This document shows positions 19,964 through 28,975 of a DNA stretch of 64,000 nucleotides, piece after piece (within the stretch, counting starts at the first letter, position 1; every line of letters starts with the position of its first letter). The translations under genes were made by a program, and so were the position numbers. Below the pieces are notes generated by a model. The model was given only the letters and a program-made list of their open reading frames with translations. It made no database searches and had not been told where the DNA came from. This DNA comes from Candidatus Micrarchaeota archaeon (GTDB lineage Archaea > Micrarchaeota > Micrarchaeia > Micrarchaeales > Micrarchaeaceae), in the NCBI GenBank assembly GCA_021848125.1, contig JAJZMY010000019.1, forward strand, positions 13,054 to 77,053, read 5' to 3'.

Positions 19964-21349
19964 ATGGATAAATTATTCGGATCAAATGGAATAAGGGGCA
20001 TTGTGAATAAAGATCTGACTCCTAGCTTTGTTTTAGATATAAGCAGAGCTATTGGCACATATTTTGGCAAGAATAAAAAAATTTTAATCAGTAGGGATTA
20101 TAGATTTGGCGGAGAATTTCTAGAGAAAATGGCTGAAAGCGGATTATTAATATCAGGGATTGAGGTTTTTGAATCAGACCCAGTACCAATACCAGCGCTG
20201 CAATTCTGTATAAAAACAATGCAATTTGATGGAGGGATAATGATTACTGCAAGCCATAACCCATATCAATTTAATGGCATTAAGGTTATTGGCCAGAATG
20301 GCATTGAGTTAGAAAGAAAAGAAGAAGAAAAAATTGAAAAAATATTTTATAATAAAAGCTTTTCAAACTTGAATTTTAATGAATTAAAATATAATGTCAA
20401 AAAACAAGTCAATATAATTTCAAATTATGTTAATGCTGTTTTATCAAATATCAATAAACAAAAAATTCGTTCCAAAAGATTTAAGGTCTTAATAGATCCT
20501 ATTAATAGCGTTGGTGCAATAACGTCTTCTTTGATAGCAAGAGAGCTTAATTGCAAAATATATTGGACTAATAAAGAGCCAAACCCTTTATTTCCAGAAA
20601 GACAGCCAGAGCCGAATCCAGATACACTGACAAAAACAGCCAGGATTGTCAAATCGCTGAAAGTTGATCTCGCAATTGCACATGATGCCGATGCTGATAG
20701 AATTATTTTTATTGATAACAAAGGCAGAATTCAATTCGGAGACAGAAGCGGAACATTAATTGCAAAACACTTATGCAAAAAATTAAAAAACAATTTAAAT
20801 AATAATAAAATAAGCAAAAAAGTCATTACTGCTGTTTCAAGCTCAGTTTTAGTGGAAGAATTTTTAAATAAATTAGGCATTGATGTTGTTTGGACAAAAG
20901 TGGGTGCGCCAACAGTTTCCCACGCATTATTAAAACAAAACGGTTTATGCGGATTTGAAGATAATGGCGGTTTTTTATTTCCAATGCATCAATATGTAAG
21001 AGATGGCGGAATGACATTTGCATTAATGCTGGAATTATTATCTGATTCAAATTCAACATCATCACAATTATTTGATACTCTTCCAAAATATTACCCGATA
21101 AAAACAAAAATACCAATAACAAATAATTTTGATTTAAACCTTATTGAAGCAAAAATTAAAAAAGATTTTAAATCAAAAATAAAAAAAGTAATAAAAATTG
21201 ATGGGCTAAAAATAATAGGAGATGATTTTTGGTTTTTAATCAGGAAAAGCGGTACAGAATCAATAATCAGAATAATGGCAGAAGCAAAAGATAAAAATCA
21301 TGTTGAATCAATTGTAAAAAATTTAAAGCAGATAATATCGGGCTCGTAG
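19964..21349 (+). CDS. phosphohexomutase (phosphoglucosamine/phosphomannomutase family)
   Basis: FGSNGIRG, the active-site motif TASHNP, the metal loop AHDADADR, and the C-terminal RKSGTE are all present. Confidence 0.85.
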   Translation: MDKLFGSNGIRGIVNKDLTPSFVLDISRAIGTYFGKNKKILISRDYRFGGEFLEKMAESGLLISGIEVFESDPVPIPALQFCIKTMQFDGGIMITASHNPYQFNGIKVIGQNGIELERKEEEKIEKIFYNKSFSNLNFNELKYNVKKQVNIISNYVNAVLSNINKQKIRSKRFKVLIDPINSVGAITSSLIARELNCKIYWTNKEPNPLFPERQPEPNPDTLTKTARIVKSLKVDLAIAHDADADRIIFIDNKGRIQFGDRSGTLIAKHLCKKLKNNLNNNKISKKVITAVSSSVLVEEFLNKLGIDVVWTKVGAPTVSHALLKQNGLCGFEDNGGFLFPMHQYVRDGGMTFALMLELLSDSNSTSSQLFDTLPKYYPIKTKIPITNNFDLNLIEAKIKKDFKSKIKKVIKIDGLKIIGDDFWFLIRKSGTESIIRIMAEAKDKNHVESIVKNLKQIISGS

Positions 21350-21456
21350 CTCAGCTTGGATAGAGCAATAGCGTCCTAAGCTAAAGGTCGCGGGTTCAAA
21401 ATAAACTTCTTTTTAAGAAGTTTAATCAAGAAGTTATGAAAATCCCGCCGAGCCCG
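21340..21456 (+). tRNA. tRNA-Arg (anticodon CCU) with a 42-nt non-canonical intron in the T-loop
   Basis: I folded this by hand. Acceptor stem: GGGCTCG (21340-46) pairs with CGAGCCC (21449-55), with discriminator G. D-arm: GCTC/GAGC. Anticodon stem: ATAGC/GCTAA with one mismatch, loop GTCCTAA, anticodon CCT at 21375-77. T-stem: GCGGG (21390-94) pairs with CCCGC (21444-48). The T-loop TTCAAA..T is interrupted by about 42 nt (about 21401-21442). A T8 run follows the 3' end. Confidence 0.75.
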
Positions 21457-21525
21457 TTTTTTTTGAAAATATTTATATTTTTATTTAATCAAATAAAAAA
21501 TAATAAAAATTAAAAGTGAAAATAT

Positions 21526-22581
21526 ATGGCTAAAACAAAGAATAAAGATAATGCAGTCAAAAATAATAAAAATGCAGTATTTCTAGTAAAAGCAACAAAA
21601 CATGGTGGATTTGATTATTTGCATATTTCATTGATTGCTCTTGTAATAATTTTAATAGCTCTTGTATTTGCTTTTGCAAAATTAAAGCCAGTAAATACCT
21701 GCTATAGCTTAAATAGTACATCAAGTTACGGAATTCTTAATAACACCTGCGTAAAGTTAGAGAATAACAATACCCAGGTATTAAATGCAGTTGAAAAAAT
21801 ACTAGCAGGCTATGCAAAAGTCAATAGTACATTTTCTTTGCTGCCTTATTATTCCTATATTAATAAAACAAAAATTTATTATTTGGAAAATCAGGATGCA
21901 TATTTTGTAGAAGTTCCTTTTAAAGATCCTTTTGTTTCAAATCAAATTCTAAACTTTTCATTACTGCTAAATGGCTCTAACCTGACATTAATAAATGCAT
22001 TTACCCAGTCTTTGATAAAACCTCAAAATACAACAAACAAAGTTGTTAGTTTCGGGGTTGTAAAACTAGCCGGAAAAGTTTCATGTGCTTCTTCAAATAC
22101 AATACCTGTTTATATTTTTAATGACCCTTATTCACCAGGAGCTTTTGAATCACTCTTCAGATCAGTAAACATAAGCAAAAACAACTCAGGAATAAATATG
22201 TCGTATTATTTTATTTTCGGTTCAAGTTCAATAAATTTTTATAATTCTTATGGTGTGCACAGAACGCAATTATTAGGTCAATATTTAGCATGTACTTCTC
22301 AGCAGCCAAAGTTTTATGGATTCTTATATAATTTAAGCAAAATATTTTCAGGCACGCCAATGAGCAATTATACATTATACCAGACAGCATACGGATCTGG
22401 ATTAAACATAACTCAATTAAATGCATGCTTAAGCAATTCAACAACTTTATTAACAAAAGAATCAGACCTGGCCAAATTCTACAATGTTGTTTCAGTGCCA
22501 CAATTTATTATTAATTGCGAATATACTTCATTGCCCCAAACACTGATAAATGCAGTAAATTATTCCAGGCAACAAAAATAA
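21526..22581 (+). CDS. membrane-anchored DsbA/thioredoxin-like protein with the CxxC replaced (SPGA); sequon-rich
   Basis: There is an N-terminal TM segment (ISLIALVIILIALVFAF). The C-terminal domain follows the DsbA-like pattern: PVYIFNDPYSPGAFES (where F.D..CP.C is expected), LGQYLACTSQQPKFYGFLYNL, LNITQLNACLSNS and VVSVPQFIIN. It carries many N-x-S/T sites. Confidence 0.5.
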   Translation: MAKTKNKDNAVKNNKNAVFLVKATKHGGFDYLHISLIALVIILIALVFAFAKLKPVNTCYSLNSTSSYGILNNTCVKLENNNTQVLNAVEKILAGYAKVNSTFSLLPYYSYINKTKIYYLENQDAYFVEVPFKDPFVSNQILNFSLLLNGSNLTLINAFTQSLIKPQNTTNKVVSFGVVKLAGKVSCASSNTIPVYIFNDPYSPGAFESLFRSVNISKNNSGINMSYYFIFGSSSINFYNSYGVHRTQLLGQYLACTSQQPKFYGFLYNLSKIFSGTPMSNYTLYQTAYGSGLNITQLNACLSNSTTLLTKESDLAKFYNVVSVPQFIINCEYTSLPQTLINAVNYSRQQK

Positions 22582-22638
22582 ATTTATAAAACAGGATAAA
22601 AATCAAGAAGCCCGAAAGTATAAGACTGTTGCAAAAAA

Positions 22639-23883
22639 TTATGTTGCATTGGATAAATCAGATAACGAAAAACTCTGGCTGCAAGAAGATTTTATTGTTG
22701 TGTTGTTAATATAATTGCAATAAACTGAATTATTCAGTTGCTGAGCCATATTTATTATGCAAATATTCCTTTCACTAATATTATTTATTTTTAAACAAAT
22801 TGAGATATTTTTAGTTTTCAGCGCATATGATGTATAGATTCCTATCTGGCAAATAGATGTCAAATTGTAAGAGGATAATTTATTGCAATTATTTACCTCA
22901 GCTGTAAGATTAAATGTTTTATTAACACTGTTTTGCGGGTTTAATTCAGTTCTGCATATAAATCCTAAATTGCCTGCCAAATTACAAGTGCTCAAGTTTT
23001 TAGAAATTATCGCAGAATCAAAATAACAGTAATTTTGAGGAGTTACATTATTAGAAACCAGTCCAAAAATAATCTCGCTATTATTCAATTCAAGATTTAG
23101 ATTATTTGTGTTTAAAATAGTTTTATTAATATTGCTTAAATTAATTGCTGAGCTACTTGAATTGCTTATATTAAATAACTTGTATTTTGTATTGTTTGCA
23201 ATATTGTTATTTATCATTAAATTCAAAATACTTAAATTTGCAGTGTTTGTTATATTTGAGCAGTAATTTTGGTTTTTAGTTTTAAGCATCTGGTTATAAT
23301 AAAACATATTGCTGCAAATGTTTCTATCAGAAGTATTTGCAATTGATCTGCATTGATTTAAATTATTAAAATTATTTAATTTCGAAAAATAATACTGGCA
23401 AGAATATTTATATGAATTGTTCAAATCATTGCATATTGTCTCATTTTGTGTTATTATGCTGATATTTAAGATGCAATTAGAATACATTACTGAGTTATTT
23501 ATTGATTTACATGTTTCTGTGCTGTTTTTTGAAATTGCAACATTAAAAAAACATTCATTTTTATCCCCAGAATTTACATAATTGCAGATAGAGCTGTTTT
23601 TTGTTGCATTAGCCAGGCTCATCAAACAATTATTTCTAAAATTAGCTAAGATAATATTTTTGCAATTGTTGAATTGAGTTGCATTTGATTTTGAAAAATT
23701 AAACAAAATTATTATTAAAGCAGCAATAAGCAAAAATAATGTAATTAAAATAACCAATCCAAATTTTTCTTTAATTTCTTCCTTTAAATTTATTGTTTTT
23801 TTATTAATGCTATTATTTTTATTTTTCGTACTTGAATTTTTATTAATTTTTTTGTTGTCCATATATATCTTCAAGAATCCCAA
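22639..23883 (-). CDS. membrane-anchored cysteine-rich repeat protein, sequon-rich
   Basis: An N-terminal TM segment (LVILITLFLLIAALIIILF) is followed by many iterations of a roughly 25-35 aa unit with two Cys (for example CKNIILANFRNNC, CNYVNSGDKNEC, CKSINNSVMYSNC, CRSIANTSDRNIC, CLKINNISERNIC). The likely start is the internal MDNKK. Confidence 0.45.
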   Translation of the reverse strand: MGFLKIYMDNKKINKNSSTKNKNNSINKKTINLKEEIKEKFGLVILITLFLLIAALIIILFNFSKSNATQFNNCKNIILANFRNNCLMSLANATKNSSICNYVNSGDKNECFFNVAISKNSTETCKSINNSVMYSNCILNISIITQNETICNDLNNSYKYSCQYYFSKLNNFNNLNQCRSIANTSDRNICSNMFYYNQMLKTKNQNYCSNITNTANLSILNLMINNNIANNTKYKLFNISNSSSSAINLSNINKTILNTNNLNLELNNSEIIFGLVSNNVTPQNYCYFDSAIISKNLSTCNLAGNLGFICRTELNPQNSVNKTFNLTAEVNNCNKLSSYNLTSICQIGIYTSYALKTKNISICLKINNISERNICIINMAQQLNNSVYCNYINNTTIKSSCSQSFSLSDLSNAT

Positions 23884-23938
23884 CTAACAACTAAAATCAA
23901 ATACTGAACGTCATGGCTTTAATTATATTGAATATATA

Positions 23939-24667
23939 TTAATCAATGGAGTATATTTTAAAACCGTCGCTAGTTATTTCATATGGCACTAAAGCATAAC
24001 TGTGGTTTACTCCTCTCATCTTTACAATTTCTGTCAGCAGCATTCTTCTGTCTTCCTGGCCTGACTGATATAGAGTTATTACGCCGTCAAATAAAAAGAA
24101 ATCCTTGCTGAATTTTAAATTATTTCTTTCACCAGAGCTAAGTTCATAAGTTATAAAAGATGTTACGCCAAGCCTATTGAAGTTTGAAATTAATGACAAC
24201 AAACTTTGCCTGTATTTTATTTTATCAGTTAAAATTAAAGAAAGCATTGATAAAGAATCAATAACAATTATTTTTGCCTTATTTTTACTTATTTCTTCTT
24301 CAATATCACTTACAATAGATCCAAAGCTATATCCTTCTGCATCTGGAGAATCCATTAATTTTGATGTTGGATCCTGCCCGTCAATTATTATCAATTTATT
24401 TGCAATCAATTCATCAATATCTTCAAAGCTTGAAAATGTCTCCTTTGCATTTCTTATAATATTTTCTGGCTGTTCTTCCATTGATATAAATACGCATGGA
24501 ATTCCTTTTTTTGCATTGCGGTATACTATTTCAAAGCAAAGCAATGTTTTGCCAGCACCAGGCCCTCCTGCGATTAATATTTGGTTTTTTTCAGGTATTC
24601 CACCTTTCAGCATTTTATCAAGGCCTTCAATTCCTGTTTCAATAAGTTTATTATTCATATATAACAC
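23939..24667 (-). CDS. KaiC/RadA-like RecA-superfamily ATPase (single domain)
   Basis: TGIEGLDKMLKGGIPEKNQILIAGGPGAGKT (Walker A), IIVIDSLS (Walker B) and VKMRGVNHS are present. The likely true start is ATG 24658. Confidence 0.8.
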   Translation of the reverse strand: MLYMNNKLIETGIEGLDKMLKGGIPEKNQILIAGGPGAGKTLLCFEIVYRNAKKGIPCVFISMEEQPENIIRNAKETFSSFEDIDELIANKLIIIDGQDPTSKLMDSPDAEGYSFGSIVSDIEEEISKNKAKIIVIDSLSMLSLILTDKIKYRQSLLSLISNFNRLGVTSFITYELSSGERNNLKFSKDFFLFDGVITLYQSGQEDRRMLLTEIVKMRGVNHSYALVPYEITSDGFKIYSID

Positions 24668-24797
24668 TTCTAATTTTATTGCTGTTTTATTATATTTATA
24701 TTATTAATTTTATTGCCCTATATTTTTATTTTTATCTATTAATTTGCAATATTTTTAAGTTTGTCATTTTTATAATTTTTTAAAATTCATGCATTTT

Positions 24798-25133
24798 TTA
24801 TAAATCTGCAAATTTTTTTGGAATCATTCTTGGGATTCCATTTATAATAAGATATTTTGTCCTGCATTTGCTGCAAAATAAATGTCCTGAAATAATATTT
24901 ATCTTTAAGCATCCATTACAACTTAATTTTTTCGATTTATTTTGCATCAAATCTTTAATTGATTTATTTCTAAATGCGCAAAATATTTCACATTCAAATC
25001 TTTTGAAAAAATGTGCCCTGGCTTTTCCATCTAATTCATTGTCTATTTGCCCTGATTTTGAATTTACAGATAATTGCAATGGAAAATTTTTGCATTCAGG
25101 GCAAATCAAAATATCAATTAACTTGTATTGCAT
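24798..25133 (-). CDS. Trm112-like zinc-ribbon protein
   Basis: The N-terminus has LIDILICPECKNFPL and the C-terminus has GHLFCSKCRTKYLIINGIPRMIP. This is the split Trm112 zinc-knuckle signature with an inserted middle domain. Confidence 0.6.
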   Translation of the reverse strand: MQYKLIDILICPECKNFPLQLSVNSKSGQIDNELDGKARAHFFKRFECEIFCAFRNKSIKDLMQNKSKKLSCNGCLKINIISGHLFCSKCRTKYLIINGIPRMIPKKFADL

Positions 25134-25145
25134 TTTTATCTCTTA

Positions 25146-25853
25146 TTATTTTTTATTATTTTTTGATTTTGCTATAATCTGATAAATAGTATCAAATGCC
25201 TTTTGCTTAAAAATTTCAATATTATAGTATTTTTTAAGAATAGTAAGAAGTTCATTATTATTAGGGATATTTTTATAAATTTCAGATATTTTCTTAAATT
25301 CTTTATAATTGCTTCCAGCTGATAATCTGGCAATTATTGGGATCAAATTATAAATATAAAAAGCGCCTAATTTTTGTTTTATTTTATTTCTAGATTTCCC
25401 AATGCTCACTAAACCCGTATAATATTTATTCACTCTTGCAAATTCAGATGCAGATTTATTCATATCAATTGATGCATGAAATGCAAATCCGCTCAATACA
25501 ACATCAAAGCATTTGTCTCTAAATGGCAGTGCTTCAAATAATCCCTGAACTTTATTGCAGTCAATAATTGAATTTTCAAGCATTTCTATTGAATAATCCA
25601 GTAGAATAATATTGCTTTTAATCTGTCTGTTAAACAAATCCCCCATAAATCCAGGTCCTGCTCCTGCATCTAAAACCAGAGGCCTCTTTATGTGCAACTT
25701 TCTTATTTCTTCAGCAATACTATTTATTATAAATTTTCTCCACCTATTAACCTGGAAAAAAGTTATTAGCATGTTTGTTTTTTCATAACTTTTAATTATT
25801 CTATGATATGCTGAATAAACTTTTTTTGAATTTTTCCCTAATCCTGCTGGCAT
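25146..25853 (-). CDS. class I SAM-dependent methyltransferase (UbiE/COQ5-like)
   Basis: YHRIIKSYEKTNMLITFFQVNRWRK is a UbiE-like N-terminus. Motif I is VLDAGAGPG, and FDVVLSGFAFH follows. Confidence 0.7.
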   Translation of the reverse strand: MPAGLGKNSKKVYSAYHRIIKSYEKTNMLITFFQVNRWRKFIINSIAEEIRKLHIKRPLVLDAGAGPGFMGDLFNRQIKSNIILLDYSIEMLENSIIDCNKVQGLFEALPFRDKCFDVVLSGFAFHASIDMNKSASEFARVNKYYTGLVSIGKSRNKIKQKLGAFYIYNLIPIIARLSAGSNYKEFKKISEIYKNIPNNNELLTILKKYYNIEIFKQKAFDTIYQIIAKSKNNKK

Positions 25854-25954
25854 TTTATCAAAATTATTAAGAATTATTATTTAATATATTTATAATTAAA
25901 TTAAAATTATAGAATAATATAATTTTTTATAAATTTATTAAAATAGATGTTAAA

Positions 25955-27316
25955 ATGGTTATGGGATCAATTCCGGAAAATGTTGATGTTGCTGTTGTTG
26001 GGGGTGGACTTGGGGGATATATATCTGCAATACGCGCCTCACAATTAGGTTTAAATGTTGTGCTTGTTGAAAAGCATAAGCTTGGAGGACACTGCTTGAA
26101 TTATGCCTGCATTCCTTCAAAAACATTAATACATATTTCTGATATTTTATACAATGCAAAAAATTCTCAAAATTTTGGCATTAATGCATCGGATATTTCA
26201 ATAGATGCAAAAAAAATGTATGAATATAGAATTAATGTATCAAAGAAATTAGAGCAGGGCGTGGAATTTTTATGCAAATCTAATGATATTGAAGTAATTA
26301 AAAGCGAGGCAACATTTTTATCCTCTAATAGCTTACAAGTATCAGATGGAATAAAGATTAATTTCAAAAAAGCAATTATTGCAACTGGCTCTGAGCCAGT
26401 TGAGCTTAAGGGTTTTGAATTCAATAATATTAATATATTGGATTATAAAAAAGCATTATCATTGGATAAGATTCCAGAATCAATTGCAATAATAGGCGCT
26501 GGATTTGTTAGTATTGAAATAGGTACATTATATGCAAAATTAGGTTCAAAAGTTTCAATAATCTCACGAAGCGATATACTGTCAAATTTTGATCCTGATG
26601 CTGTTGCTATTATTAAAAAAAGAATGCAGATTCTTAATATAAATATTTATACAAATTCTACTCCAGTTTCTTATAAAGATAATGTCCTGGAGCTGAATAA
26701 TGGATCAAAAATTATTGCTGAATTAATAGTTGTTTCGATTGGAATGTATCCATATACGCAAAATCTGGGCCTTGAAAATACAAAAGTCCAGACTGATAAA
26801 AAAGGCTTTGTTATAACTGATAATAAACTTTATACAACTGATGAGAATATTTTAGCTGTTGGCGATGTGATTGGGCAGCCGATGCTTGCGCATAAAGCAA
26901 TAAGGCAGGGTATTGTAGCAGGAGAATCAGTAAAATCTCCTGCATTTTTTGACAATATTGTTATTCCATATGTAGTATTTTCAGATCCGGAAATTGCAGT
27001 TGCAGGCGATATTAAGACAAGTTCATTGAAAATTGCTAAATTTCCTTTAACTGCATTGGGGAGAGCAATTGCATTTAATAGAACAGATGGATTTGTAAAA
27101 ATTGCTTATAATGAAGATAATATAGTAAAAGGAATTGAGATTGTATCAGAAGATGCAAATGCATTAATTAGCGAGGCAGCATTAGCAATTGAGATGGGTG
27201 CTACCCTAGAAGATATTGCAGATACAATACATCCTCATCCAACATTTGCAGAGTCAATCCAGGAAGCAGCAGAAATAGGGCTTGGAAGGCCAGTGCATTT
27301 TTTTATTAAAAAATAA
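25955..27316 (+). CDS. lpdA: dihydrolipoyl (dihydrolipoamide) dehydrogenase
   Basis: FAD motif VVGGGLGGY, redox-active disulfide GGHCLNYACIPSK, NAD motif IIGAGFVSIE, and the C-terminal HPHPTFAES interface motif. Confidence 0.85.
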   Translation: MVMGSIPENVDVAVVGGGLGGYISAIRASQLGLNVVLVEKHKLGGHCLNYACIPSKTLIHISDILYNAKNSQNFGINASDISIDAKKMYEYRINVSKKLEQGVEFLCKSNDIEVIKSEATFLSSNSLQVSDGIKINFKKAIIATGSEPVELKGFEFNNINILDYKKALSLDKIPESIAIIGAGFVSIEIGTLYAKLGSKVSIISRSDILSNFDPDAVAIIKKRMQILNINIYTNSTPVSYKDNVLELNNGSKIIAELIVVSIGMYPYTQNLGLENTKVQTDKKGFVITDNKLYTTDENILAVGDVIGQPMLAHKAIRQGIVAGESVKSPAFFDNIVIPYVVFSDPEIAVAGDIKTSSLKIAKFPLTALGRAIAFNRTDGFVKIAYNEDNIVKGIEIVSEDANALISEAALAIEMGATLEDIADTIHPHPTFAESIQEAAEIGLGRPVHFFIKK

Positions 27317-27338
27317 AACTCTTTAAAAAAGAGTTTTA
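27314..27338. terminator. 8-bp perfect hairpin starting at the lpd stop codon; degenerate relative of the palindromic repeat family
   Basis: TAAAACTC (27314-21) pairs with GAGTTTTA (27331-38) across a 9-nt loop. A/T runs follow. Confidence 0.4.
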
Positions 27339-27395
27339 TCAGAAAAAAATAAAATAAATAAAAAAAATAAAAATTAGAAATAAATTAAAAAAATA

Positions 27396-28241
27396 ATGAT
27401 AAAAATGAAGATGTATTTGGATTTATTAAGATTTGTTGAATCTAATAATAAAAAATTATTCTGCATTTATTGCGGGACAGAAACTTATGTGCTTAATAAT
27501 ATTGGAATTTGTTCAAATTGCGAAAATATAATCAGTTTGCCTAGCAGTGTATTGATAAAACAGGATCCTGAAGCAGTTTCGAAAATATCTGCAATTAATG
27601 AAAAATTATCCAATCAAAACATAACTGAAACTGACTTTGAAGAAGCAATAAAAATATATGATGAATTAATTGCAAAGAAAAACAATCTTGGTTATTTATA
27701 TGCAAAGGCATTGCTGCTAATCAAATATTCAAATTATCTGATAAACCAGATTAATTATAATAAACAGGGTTTTATGGATGAAAATTCAGAACTTAATGAA
27801 AAATCAATTAAGCTAGTATCAGATTCAAAACTTCTTTTATATAAAATAATTTCTACATGCAATGCCAATATCAATAGCAATATTAATTCATTTAATGAAA
27901 TTTATTTGATGTTTTTGGCAAATATTAAACTAAATAATTTTAAGGCAGCACAAAGCTCACTTAATCTAATAAAGAATTTTAATGAAATTTTTATTTTAGA
28001 ATATAGCCAATTAATTTTTAATATTGCAATAAAAAATTATGAAAATGCAACAAATAATGCAAAAAACTTGCTGATGCATGATAATTTTTCAATAAATGCC
28101 CTGTTCTATTATTCATTTGTATTATTCAATAAAAAAGAGTTCAAGCAAAGCAAGAATATATTACAACAACTGCAAAAATATATTAAAAATGATAATATAA
28201 AAAATTTAATTCAGGATATAGCAATAAAACAAAACCTATAA
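27396..28241 (+). CDS. hypothetical protein: N-terminal zinc ribbon plus helical-repeat (TPR-like) body
   Basis: CIYCGTE..CSNCEN is followed by about 230 aa of helical-repeat-like sequence. The likely start is ATG 27405. Confidence 0.4.
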   Translation: MIKMKMYLDLLRFVESNNKKLFCIYCGTETYVLNNIGICSNCENIISLPSSVLIKQDPEAVSKISAINEKLSNQNITETDFEEAIKIYDELIAKKNNLGYLYAKALLLIKYSNYLINQINYNKQGFMDENSELNEKSIKLVSDSKLLLYKIISTCNANINSNINSFNEIYLMFLANIKLNNFKAAQSSLNLIKNFNEIFILEYSQLIFNIAIKNYENATNNAKNLLMHDNFSINALFYYSFVLFNKKEFKQSKNILQQLQKYIKNDNIKNLIQDIAIKQNL

Positions 28242-28281
28242 TAAAATTAAAATAAAGTAAGTATTAGCAATTGACAAATAA

Positions 28282-28374
28282 AAATAAAGCTTTTGGAAAA
28301 AGATTTTGCAAAATGAAAAGTCTGCAGAATTCAGCAGCAAACCTGCTGAAGCTTTTGCAAAATGCAAAAAATAG
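28282..28374 (+). repeat. palindromic intergenic repeat, long form (copy 1)
   Basis: Sequence: aaataaagcttttggaaaaagattttgcaaaatgaaaagtctgcagaattcagcagcaaacctgctgaagcttttgcaaaatgc. It contains an AAAGCTTT-type arm and the hairpin TTCAGCAG/CTGCTGAA (28330-50). It lies 3' of gene 27396..28241. Confidence 0.75.
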
Positions 28375-28938
28375 TTGATTAAAATGGAACTGAAAAGAAA
28401 AACAAGCACATTTAATTTTAATTTAAATTTAAATTATAAAACCTTAAAACAAATTTATTCGTTAAAAATTATTATATTGAATATTGGTATTTTTGTATTA
28501 TTCTACTTTATTTTCAACTTTTTTATAAAATACCAAAATAGAGGGGTATTTTTAATTAATGTTCCTCTTTATATTATATATCTTGCAATAGCAACTTCCT
28601 CAATATTAACTTCAATTAGCATTGCAACAGTATTAAAAACAATTAGAACAAAATCAGCAATTGCCGGCGTAGGATTCGGGACATTTACAAGCGTTTTAAG
28701 CGGAATAATCACTGGATGCGGATGTTCTTTTCCATTATTGATTAGTATTTTTAGCCTATTTGGGCTAAATTCAACATATGCATTATTTTTTAATACTTTT
28801 TTTGTAAATAATGCGTTTTTTATATTATTTGCAATTAGCATTATTAATATACTAACAATTGTTTATCTGATTGGCCAATTTAATAATAAGATTAATTGCA
28901 AAATCAAAAGCAGCAAATCTTTAAATAAAAAAGTTTAA
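28375..28938 (+). CDS. small integral membrane protein with a GCGC motif
   Basis: About four hydrophobic segments, with the motif IITGCGCSFPLL in the third. Confidence 0.45.
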   Translation: MIKMELKRKTSTFNFNLNLNYKTLKQIYSLKIIILNIGIFVLFYFIFNFFIKYQNRGVFLINVPLYIIYLAIATSSILTSISIATVLKTIRTKSAIAGVGFGTFTSVLSGIITGCGCSFPLLISIFSLFGLNSTYALFFNTFFVNNAFFILFAISIINILTIVYLIGQFNNKINCKIKSSKSLNKKV

Positions 28939-28975
28939 ATAAAATATAAAATAAATTAAAAGATATGATATTATT

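Noticed and set aside
24177-24707. The 176-aa + strand ORF.
   Set aside because: It lies entirely antisense to the KaiC-like ATPase, which has clear Walker motifs. Its sequence is compositionally biased with no motifs. Long antisense ORFs are expected in AT-rich genomes whose codons avoid antisense stops.
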